Part shown: piece by piece, positions 7,789 through 15,678 of the stretch | How the letters are laid out: the number at the start of each line of letters is the position of its first letter | Position numbering within the stretch: the stretch's first letter is position 1 | Origin: Candidatus Omnitrophota bacterium | GTDB lineage: Bacteria > Omnitrophota > Gorgyraeia > Ghiorseimicrobiales > Ghiorseimicrobiaceae | Direction of reading: 5' to 3' | Length of the DNA stretch: 64,000 bases | NCBI GenBank assembly: GCA_030681595.1 | Contig: JAUXSB010000003.1 | Location: forward strand, 95,207 to 159,206 | Position numbers and translations under genes: made by a program | The notes under the pieces: generated by a model | Seen by the model: only the letters and a program-made list of their open reading frames with translations | What the model was told of the DNA's origin: nothing | Database searches by the model: none

Positions 7789-9246
7789 CTATTTTATTTC
7801 ATGCTGTTTAAGCAGCCTTTCAATCTCCAATTCACGGCCGGATAAGCTCTGCTCCCTGTTTAAATCCAAAGTCAGTTGAGGAAGGTTAAAATTATTATCC
7901 ATGGCCTTAGAATCCCTGATTATCCGCGGCGTAAGGAATACGAGCAGTTCCCTCTCAGTAGTATCCCGGTCTTTATTCCTGAAAAACATGCCTAATAATG
8001 GGATACTGGAAAAAAACGGGATCTTATTCCCCTCGGTTTTCCTGCTCTGGCGGATGAGCCCACCGATTAAAATCGTCTCGCCGTCCTTTATCTTTATCAC
8101 CGATTTCGTACTGCGTTCTTCGGGGTTAAGATATTTAAATTCTCTGCCATCAGATGTAAATGATGAGGAAGTCGGCACATCGGAACTCTTCGGATAAATA
8201 AACATATTAATGTCGCCTGTCTCCGTATTAGCCTGAGCAGTAACCGTTAAGACTATGCCGGTTTCTACCCTTTCCGGCGTAGCGCTGGAATTGCCCGCTG
8301 AATCGGTTGTTACGGTAACTCCGATGGCTTCATTACTTGCAATTTTAATTTCCGCGGTCTGATTGTTTAAAGTCATGATCCGCGGCCGCGCCAGCACTTT
8401 TGTATCGGTTTGCGTCGTAAGAAAATTAAAAATCGCGGCAAGATTAGGCGCGCTTAATGTGCCATAGGTAAAAGCGCTTGCAGTAGTACCACCTCTTGTT
8501 TTACCCCTCTCTAGCTCATTGCCCCAAAAAGGGAAGCTGGTGTTGATAGGCCCCCCTGCTTTTAATTGCAAAGAACCGGTGAGTCTTACGCCCAAATCGT
8601 CTGAAACGGATTTGTTGACATCCAACATTTCCACTTCAATCATTATTTGCGGAGTAGGAAGGTCCAGCTTTACAATTATATCCTCAATAACAGTAAACCG
8701 CTCGGGAATATCGGTAACAATCAAGCTGTTTGTCTGCGACTCCACAACTATTTTTCCGTACTCCGAGAGAAGATTCTGAATTACCGCCAAAATTTCTCCT
8801 TTACTTCCGCCCTCGCCTCCAATCGCGGCATCTAAGGGAGAGCCGGGGACACGCGCGTTTTTAAGATAAAACACTTTAGTAATGGTTTTGACTTCCGGCG
8901 CAAGAGATTTTTTTACTATAAATATATTGCTCTCCGGATCTAAGTCATAGATTAATTTATTGGCAGTCAGGAGCTTATCCATTGCCTGTTTGACGGTTAC
9001 ATTATCCAAATATAAAGTCAAGCTGGTATCCGCAACATCCTCTGCGGCAACAAAATTTAAGCCCGCCTGCTGGGAAAAAATCTTTAACACATCTTTTAGG
9101 TTAGCGTCTTTAAAATCCATGGAGATGCGCCTGTATAAATTAGAATAGGGAATGCCATCCATAGCTTTAATGCTTGAGGCAGGCATTAAAAATAAAAAAA
9201 TGGTTAGAGCTAAAAATATTCTCATCTTATTCTTAAGAGCGGCCAT
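7789..9246 (-). CDS. pilQ: Type IV pilus / T2SS secretin (PilQ/GspD family)
   Basis: C-terminal secretin signature (ILIGGLIRQSRKTEGNKIPFFSSIPLLGMFF..LLVFLTPRII). N-terminal signal peptide and STN-like domain. Confidence 0.85.
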   Translation of the reverse strand: MAALKNKMRIFLALTIFLFLMPASSIKAMDGIPYSNLYRRISMDFKDANLKDVLKIFSQQAGLNFVAAEDVADTSLTLYLDNVTVKQAMDKLLTANKLIYDLDPESNIFIVKKSLAPEVKTITKVFYLKNARVPGSPLDAAIGGEGGSKGEILAVIQNLLSEYGKIVVESQTNSLIVTDIPERFTVIEDIIVKLDLPTPQIMIEVEMLDVNKSVSDDLGVRLTGSLQLKAGGPINTSFPFWGNELERGKTRGGTTASAFTYGTLSAPNLAAIFNFLTTQTDTKVLARPRIMTLNNQTAEIKIASNEAIGVTVTTDSAGNSSATPERVETGIVLTVTAQANTETGDINMFIYPKSSDVPTSSSFTSDGREFKYLNPEERSTKSVIKIKDGETILIGGLIRQSRKTEGNKIPFFSSIPLLGMFFRNKDRDTTERELLVFLTPRIIRDSKAMDNNFNLPQLTLDLNREQSLSGRELEIERLLKQHEIK

Positions 9247-9279
9247 ATAAACCCTCCCGTTTAAAATACAAAAAATTAA

Positions 9280-9690
9280 CTATTCGCCTATATCTTCTGC
9301 GCTAACCCCAATAAAAAAATTTCTTCCTTTATACAATAACTTTATCTTATCCTTGGCTATCTCCAATATTTCCACGTCCTCAATCTTTTCCCCTGTTTTC
9401 ACCACGGTATTATTTATGATTGCCTGCGGGTATTGCCCTCCCCAAACTACCCCCTGTACTGTCAAGGAAGGCAATGGAAATTCATCCGGCCCATCCGGAT
9501 GAGTTGTATCGCCACCGCCTTGTTTCTCAGGCAGGCCGGACTTAAAAGGGCTAGCATAACCTGAACCTAAATAGACAACCTCGGGTTCTGTTTTATTATC
9601 ATCCGCATAACTATAATTATTTATTAATATACTACCGGTATAATATAAACCAACATAAATAAAAAGAATAATACAAGAGTTCGTCTTCAT
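9280..9690 (-). CDS. PilP-like secretin-interacting pilus assembly protein
   Basis: 136 aa with an N-terminal signal/anchor and C-terminal beta-rich segment LTVQGVVWGG..AIINNTVVKTGEKIED. Lies between PilO-like and secretin genes. Assignment rests on position and weak similarity. Confidence 0.4.
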   Translation of the reverse strand: MKTNSCIILFIYVGLYYTGSILINNYSYADDNKTEPEVVYLGSGYASPFKSGLPEKQGGGDTTHPDGPDEFPLPSLTVQGVVWGGQYPQAIINNTVVKTGEKIEDVEILEIAKDKIKLLYKGRNFFIGVSAEDIGE

Positions 9691-10226
9691 TCCGCTAAAG
9701 AAATCGCATAAATGGTTATGGCGGCATCAAGAACCTCTTCTTCCCTGGAAGAAGCGCCGGATTCATTCAATTGAAAAGAGATAATCTTAAGAGCGTATGC
9801 CGATGCCTCAATCTTCTCTATAAATTTTCCGATTCTATGATAACTACCCTGTATTCTCATAGTCAATGGCAGAAACTGAAATATCGCTGTTTTACTTATA
9901 CCGGAAGGCGTCAGAGAAAGCAACCTGACATCAGAATCAGACGCAAGTTTTGATATCTCCTGCATGATAAAATCCGGCTCCTTTAAGCTGTATATTTTCT
10001 TATAAACGCTGAAACGGTCATCCTGCAGCTTAATTAAGTTAATAAGCTCGCCAACCTTACTCTCTTCCTCTGTCTTTTGTTTCACTAATTCTAATTTTAC
10101 CATTTGCGCCTTATAGACATTAATCCCTATAAGCAAAGTCACAATAAATGTAATAGCCGGCAAGACTACCCACTGCTTCTTAAACAAAGAACCCAGATCT
10201 ATCTCGCTGCCTAAATTTATCTGCAT
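9687..10226 (-). CDS. PilO-like inner-membrane pilus assembly protein
   Basis: Single N-terminal TM (WVVLPAITFIVTLLIGINVY) followed by a coiled-coil region. Operon position between PilM/N and PilP. Confidence 0.5.
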   Translation of the reverse strand: MQINLGSEIDLGSLFKKQWVVLPAITFIVTLLIGINVYKAQMVKLELVKQKTEEESKVGELINLIKLQDDRFSVYKKIYSLKEPDFIMQEISKLASDSDVRLLSLTPSGISKTAIFQFLPLTMRIQGSYHRIGKFIEKIEASAYALKIISFQLNESGASSREEEVLDAAITIYAISLAE

Positions 10227-10306
10227 GCCTTAACCCTTACCGTACCACGGGTATTTAAACATTGCGCCCCGTCTGGCTATTCACACAATAAAAAACCTAC
10301 CATACT

Positions 10307-11857
10307 TTATTCGCAATAAACATCAAAATTACTCGCAAGATACTCCCCGAGCGCGCCACGCGAAAAAGAACCCATAGAAATTTTTTTAAAATTTGAAAAT
10401 GCTTTATTTTTTTTTAACTCAGACAGGAAATTGTTTGCCACGTCAAATTCTTCCTTTTCGCCGCCTAAATAAACCAAGCCCTGGAAAGCTAACTCCTGTT
10501 TTGTATCGCTGTCTTTAAAACTAATTCCAGTTATCCATATGCCTTTTTTTCTTAATATGGCAAGTGCGGAAAACTTATCTGTAAAATAAATTTTATTTCT
10601 CGCAAGATTATTCAAGGCAAAAATTTTATTGCTATAATCACCCTCGACTTCTTTTAAACTCTGATAAGTTACTGATTGGATATCCGGCACAAAATTCAAC
10701 GCGCTCCTTTTTTTCTTCATTTCACCCAGTTTATTTTCATGTATCTTAACCTGCATGACACTTAAGAAATAAACAGCAAAAATCATAGCCAGCGAAACCA
10801 ACACGTTCTTTATAAGAAAGGTTTTATCTACCTGCGAAATTACCTTTTTTAATGCATCTTCCTCAAACTCTTCCTTGATGACAGTCAGCGATTTAAACTT
10901 GATAAATAAATCAATTTTTAAGGGGAAACTCACGCTATCTCTCAAGGAAAGGCCGTAGGATTTAGCTAATTCCAAGTCAAGGTTAGCGCATATGGAAGCC
11001 ATTTCTTCCCGGATATTCACGGAAATTATAGGCATATCTAATTCTTTAGAAAGGGTTTCGACAGAGCCAACCATAAACTCATTGCTCAAAAGAATAACCT
11101 TGCTTATGTTTATGGGGTCGGAGGAAAACTGCCTGCGGCAATAATCCAATGAAATCCTTATTTCATTTACGAGCTTAAACAGCATATCCTCTTTGGGAAC
11201 AGTTTCTTTTTCACTCTGAATCTTTAAATTAAGGTCGCGGCTGAAACGAGGATAGAGGTCTTCAATGACCGTAATATCCCCGTATTCTGCATCAAAATCT
11301 GCCTCAACAATCGCTACCGGATTCTTTACATCAATATTTTTGGTTGATTTAAGCAGCCTTAAAGTACTGATAAAAACCGGCTCTATGGCTTTGATATTTA
11401 AACCCGCCTGCTCCAGTATGGATACGTATTTATCCAGCAAATCCCTGCGGATTGCGATAAATAACACTCTTATTTTTTTTGATTTTCGGTCAACACTGTG
11501 CTGAAAATCAAAGATCAACTCTTCTAATTTAAAAGGAATATATTTTCTGGACTCAAACCCTACCGTTGCTTCAAGTTCGGTGCGAGGGACCATAGGCACT
11601 TCAAAAAACCTTATTATTAAATCCCTGCTGAGAAGGCCCAAAACGGCGTCGCGGCCGGGGATATTATTCCGTGATAATTCTTCTTTGATAAGGTTAACTA
11701 TCTTAACCTCATCCATAACTATCTTGCCAAGGTCAAATTTTGCCTCTTCAAAAATACAGGGAATCTTAGCAAAATTAACTACTTTTTTATCCTGCTGTTC
11801 AACGATATTAATAAAATTATAACTAAAGTATATGCCTAATTGCGATTTTTTGACCAT
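10307..11857 (-). CDS. PilM (actin-like ATPase fold)-PilN fusion protein
   Basis: 516 aa. A roughly 340-aa PilM/FtsA-like region is followed by a TM segment (FLIKNVLVSLAMIFAVYFLSVMQV) and a PilN-like periplasmic tail. Confidence 0.55.
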   Translation of the reverse strand: MVKKSQLGIYFSYNFINIVEQQDKKVVNFAKIPCIFEEAKFDLGKIVMDEVKIVNLIKEELSRNNIPGRDAVLGLLSRDLIIRFFEVPMVPRTELEATVGFESRKYIPFKLEELIFDFQHSVDRKSKKIRVLFIAIRRDLLDKYVSILEQAGLNIKAIEPVFISTLRLLKSTKNIDVKNPVAIVEADFDAEYGDITVIEDLYPRFSRDLNLKIQSEKETVPKEDMLFKLVNEIRISLDYCRRQFSSDPINISKVILLSNEFMVGSVETLSKELDMPIISVNIREEMASICANLDLELAKSYGLSLRDSVSFPLKIDLFIKFKSLTVIKEEFEEDALKKVISQVDKTFLIKNVLVSLAMIFAVYFLSVMQVKIHENKLGEMKKKRSALNFVPDIQSVTYQSLKEVEGDYSNKIFALNNLARNKIYFTDKFSALAILRKKGIWITGISFKDSDTKQELAFQGLVYLGGEKEEFDVANNFLSELKKNKAFSNFKKISMGSFSRGALGEYLASNFDVYCE

Positions 11858-11860
11858 AGC

Positions 11861-12052
11861 TTATTCTACTTTATCTTTTATTGATACCCGGCGCTGATTT
11901 TTCAACCATAAGTCCACTTCTTTACGGTCAAAACGCCATACACCGCCCACTTTCATTCCGGAGATTTTTCTCTTATGCAACCAGTTATAGATAGTCTGTT
12001 TTCTTAATCTTAAATAATGAGCCAACTCCCCGATATTCATGAGTCTATTCAT
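11861..12052 (-). CDS. Small excisionase/AlpA-family helix-turn-helix DNA-binding protein
   Basis: 63 aa; IGELAHYLRLRKQTIYNWLHKRKISGMKVGGVWRFDRKEVDLWL matches the excisionase-family DNA-binding domain pattern. First gene of the pilM-N-O-P-Q-B-C operon on the same strand. Confidence 0.65.
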   Translation of the reverse strand: MNRLMNIGELAHYLRLRKQTIYNWLHKRKISGMKVGGVWRFDRKEVDLWLKNQRRVSIKDKVE

Positions 12053-12182
12053 ATTATCCCTCTCTAAAAAGAATAATCTATGATTAATTTATATAGACTT
12101 AATTAAATCATAATAGATTTACTTTGTCAACTGTTTTTTTGTACCAACTTAATTATATCATATTTTTTTATTTAGAAATAAT

Positions 12183-12213
12183 TTGCAACTTATTACAAAT
12201 AAGTAAGTTGCAA
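12183..12213. promoter_or_regulatory. Perfect 10-bp-arm palindrome TTGCAACTTA-n11-TAAGTTGCAA upstream of the HTH gene (candidate operator)
   Basis: Seen at about 12183-12213, roughly 130 bp upstream of the HTH start. The spacer TTACAAATAAG is itself quasi-palindromic. Confidence 0.5.
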
Positions 12214-12390
12214 CATAAGGGTTATAGAAACAGTAATAAATTTCTTTTTTTGATTAATTATAGAAACGAAGGGTAATTCTATCTGGAATAACTTAGATAA
12301 GATTAAAAGAACTACTTAAAAATCCGCAGGCTGAACCTATGAATGTGTGTTTTATAACGATAGGCGATAGTAGAAAAGGTGGGTTAAATA

Positions 12391-12837
12391 CTAATTCGGC
12401 CTATAGCTAACTGTTGCCCTGATCTGTCTTGCCTGGAGCCCGCCGGTAACAACAAGATTGGGATTATAAAGGACTGTTACCTGCCTTTGCTGGAGAACGT
12501 TTCCGGCACCGTCCAGCCTCCATTCAAACATATCTCCTGCCGCGCCATTCCAATTCCATTGCCAAACTCCCAGGCCTGCGCCCCCTGTATTGCACCATTG
12601 ATTGTTTTGTGGGCAAGCCGGTGGAATAGCCGTTATCCCCCGCACACGCAACGACTGATATGCCTTATTTATTGCTGACTCAACGGCGTAAAATCCTTTA
12701 ATCCTTCTTATTTGGTGTTCGGCAAGCCGGGCCTGTTTAGTCATGATAGAAAGAGCGGCACCTGCTATAATTGTAACCAGAAGCATAAAAACCAAAACCG
12801 TAAGCAAAGCAATAGCCCTTTTATCCCGTATAAACAC
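12391..12837 (-). CDS. PilX-N-terminal-domain minor pilin-like protein
   Basis: N-terminus MFIRDKRAIALLTVLVFMLLVTIIAGAALS is typical of the PilX N-terminal domain. Confidence 0.5.
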   Translation of the reverse strand: MFIRDKRAIALLTVLVFMLLVTIIAGAALSIMTKQARLAEHQIRRIKGFYAVESAINKAYQSLRVRGITAIPPACPQNNQWCNTGGAGLGVWQWNWNGAAGDMFEWRLDGAGNVLQQRQVTVLYNPNLVVTGGLQARQIRATVSYRPN

Positions 12838-12852
12838 TATCTAAACTCCCGA

Positions 12853-13059
12853 TTATTTATTCCTTCTTAGGGAAACTTTATAATCAGAGCCCTCTTGATT
12901 CAAAAGCACGTGGCCTTCCCTCGCTAACCAACCCAAGCTCATTAAGATATTATCGCGCGGCCTGTCAATACTGGAGATTACCTGCGATAAATTTACCTCG
13001 CCGTGTTGGTCAAGGTAATGCCAAATTTCACCAGCGACAATTCCTATTTCTATAATCAT
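12853..13059 (-). CDS. Small winged-helix protein (DUF2582-like)
   Basis: 68 aa; IAGEIWHYLDQHGEVNLSQV...LMSLGWLAREGHVLL fits the wHTH pattern. Confidence 0.45.
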   Translation of the reverse strand: MIIEIGIVAGEIWHYLDQHGEVNLSQVISSIDRPRDNILMSLGWLAREGHVLLNQEGSDYKVSLRRNK

Positions 13060-13158
13060 CGTATCATCTCCTCGATGAACCCCGAAGTAACTCCGGGATG
13101 AATTTAAAATGTTGAATGATTCTTCTATTATCTTATATACACTATTTTTTTTATCCTG

Positions 13159-15678
13159 TCAACGGTTAGTATTTTTCCTGATCCAATCAAGCCTTTCTTG
13201 CGCGAATTTTGCCTCTTCTATTTCCATAACGCTAAGTTTAGCATAAATATTTTCTGCCTCGCGCCAGTTCTCCCTGTCTTCAAAAATACGCGCCAGGCGC
13301 AGATAACTCTTTATCAGCCAATATCTACCTTCGGGATAAGTATCAATATTATTACGGTATTCTTCTATAGCTTGGTCAATCCTGCCGCTCTCTTCGAAAA
13401 TCTCGGCAATCTTAAACTGCGCCTGGGCAGATTCTCCTCCGGTAGTTTTATTTAACGCCTGCCTGTAAGCCTCTATAGATTCATCATATTTATTAAGCTG
13501 TTTATAAATATCTGCTGTTTTCAAATACGCCTCTTTGGAATAATCCCTATAATTCGTTATCACTTCTTGGTATTTTTTAAAAGCCGCCTCAAAATCGCCT
13601 TTTTTTGCATATAGATCGCCCAAGGCTAAAACTGCCTGCGCCTTAAATTCGCCTCCCTCAGCTTTTAGGACATTGCCGAAGTAGCTTACTGCATCATCAT
13701 ATTTATCCTGCCCTAAGTAAAGCAGGCCTAAAGAATAGTAGGCGCCGTATATTAAATTAGCCTCGGGATAATCTGAAATAATACGGTTAAAATACCGTAT
13801 TGCCACTTCTTCTTTCTGGGTACGTGAATAATATTCCCCCAAAAAAAAGATAACCTCTGGTGCGATATCAGAATCAGGGTAGTGTGAAATTATTTCCTGC
13901 ATTTTTTTTACTGCCGGCTCTATTTGGTTATCCTGATAAATCAAGCGCGCAATTTCAAATTCGCATTTTGACACAAAATTTTCATCTTTACTATATTCTT
14001 TTTTTGCCTGTTTAAATACATCCTGCGCTTGGCTATAGCGGCCCAGGCGCGATAAAGAAACCGCCCTAAGGTATAACGCATCTTGCCTTAAATAGCTTTC
14101 TGTAAACAGAGAGGTAAAATTGTCCAACTCGCCGGCGGCGCTTAGGAAATCCTGCTTCTGAAAGTAAGCCAACCCGGTGTAATAACTTATCTCGGGCTTA
14201 AGTTTAGTCCCCGGAAAATCCACTGCTATATTTTTCAATCCCGAGATGGCTTCATCGAATTTAGCCGTTTTAATCAAAGAAAGGCATAAACGGTAACGCA
14301 CATAATCATTGTATAAATTATCCGGATAGCCTTTAAGTATTTTTTCGTAACTATCTATTGCCTCCTGAAACTCTCCCAAGTCATAATAGGTATCGGCTAT
14401 CTGACAGATAGCGCTGGCCCTTAATTCCGGATCATTTGTTTCATCTATTAACTTTTTAAATTCCGTAATGGCCTGCGGAAAATTCCCTATTTTTAAATAT
14501 AGGCAGGCAGTGTTATAGCGGATTTTATCAATAAAAACTAAAGGGAAGGCTTTATTCGCTTTCCCGGAAAGAATATGGTTATAGGCTAAAATTGCATCCT
14601 CATATTTAAAAAGGGCGGCTAAGCTCTCAGCCTTACCTAAATAGGCAGAATAAATATATTCGTCATTTACAAAATTATCTATGAACCTATTGTATAGTTC
14701 TAAAGCAGGCGCATAATCCTCTTTTTCTTTGGCAATCTCAGCCCTGCCTAATAAAATACTACCCTCAGGCCGATTATCCAGTACGGATATTTTATTAAAA
14801 GCGTTTTCCGCTTCGGGATATTTTTTCAACTTGATATAAACCCAACCTAAGCCCGCCTGCGCTAATTCCGCTAATTTATTGCCTTCTGCCTTACTAATAA
14901 CTTTAAGATAATCTTCTTTTGCCTCGTTAAACTCACCCAAATAATATGAACATTCCGCGCGGTAAAACATGGCTTCATCAAGAACTTTAGATACCGGGTA
15001 TCCCTTGATGTAAAGGCTAAAATTTTCCCTTGCGTTTAAATAGTCTTTTAAATTATAAGAACAGAGCGCAATTTTAAAATCCGCGTCTTCTCTTAAGCTA
15101 TGTTGGGCGAACCTATTCCTAAACGCTAAAAATGCTGATTTCGCCTCTTCAAATTTTTCTTCTTCAAAAAAAGACCAGCCCAAAGAATACTGGGCAAGGG
15201 CGGCATAAGGCGACTGCGGAAATCCCTGGGCTAATTTCTGGTAATAGATTCTTGCCTGAACAAAATCTTTTCCCTTAAAGTACACTTCCGCAATCCAGTA
15301 GAGTGCTGAATCTTTTACCGCTTCCGCCTCCGGCGAATTTAATAGCTTTTCAAAAGTATTCCGCGCCTTTAAATATTTTTCTTTCTGAAATAAACACTCT
15401 CCGATTAAAAGATTTACCTTGGGCAAAAGCGCACTCTGGGGGTAATCTTTCATAAACCGCTCCAGCAGCCCTAAAGATATTTCATAAAAACCATCGGCAT
15501 AAGCCCTCTCGGCAACGAATAAATCCTCTTCTTCTTTTGCGGCACTTTGCGCAAAAGAAAAACGGCAAACGGCAAATGACAAGTAACAAGTAAACAACAA
15601 AATAACCAATAATAAAATTTTTGTTTTGATATTTGGATTTTTGATTTTGGATTTATTTTTGATTTTGGATTTTGGCAT
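13159..15678 (-). CDS. Large tetratricopeptide-repeat protein with N-terminal signal/anchor
   Basis: 839 aa of consecutive TPR-like units (YxxAL..Y..GxY.EA). Low-complexity KSKIKNKSKIKN N-terminus encoded by TTTTGGATTT-type tandem repeats. The start overlaps the uvrA 3' end. Confidence 0.8.
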   Translation of the reverse strand: MPKSKIKNKSKIKNPNIKTKILLLVILLFTCYLSFAVCRFSFAQSAAKEEEDLFVAERAYADGFYEISLGLLERFMKDYPQSALLPKVNLLIGECLFQKEKYLKARNTFEKLLNSPEAEAVKDSALYWIAEVYFKGKDFVQARIYYQKLAQGFPQSPYAALAQYSLGWSFFEEEKFEEAKSAFLAFRNRFAQHSLREDADFKIALCSYNLKDYLNARENFSLYIKGYPVSKVLDEAMFYRAECSYYLGEFNEAKEDYLKVISKAEGNKLAELAQAGLGWVYIKLKKYPEAENAFNKISVLDNRPEGSILLGRAEIAKEKEDYAPALELYNRFIDNFVNDEYIYSAYLGKAESLAALFKYEDAILAYNHILSGKANKAFPLVFIDKIRYNTACLYLKIGNFPQAITEFKKLIDETNDPELRASAICQIADTYYDLGEFQEAIDSYEKILKGYPDNLYNDYVRYRLCLSLIKTAKFDEAISGLKNIAVDFPGTKLKPEISYYTGLAYFQKQDFLSAAGELDNFTSLFTESYLRQDALYLRAVSLSRLGRYSQAQDVFKQAKKEYSKDENFVSKCEFEIARLIYQDNQIEPAVKKMQEIISHYPDSDIAPEVIFFLGEYYSRTQKEEVAIRYFNRIISDYPEANLIYGAYYSLGLLYLGQDKYDDAVSYFGNVLKAEGGEFKAQAVLALGDLYAKKGDFEAAFKKYQEVITNYRDYSKEAYLKTADIYKQLNKYDESIEAYRQALNKTTGGESAQAQFKIAEIFEESGRIDQAIEEYRNNIDTYPEGRYWLIKSYLRLARIFEDRENWREAENIYAKLSVMEIEEAKFAQERLDWIRKNTNR

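Noticed and set aside
11861-12052. Integrated mobile element signalled by the excisionase-family HTH
   Set aside because: No integrase, recombinase, att repeats or phage genes nearby; the gene is co-oriented and contiguous with the pilus operon.
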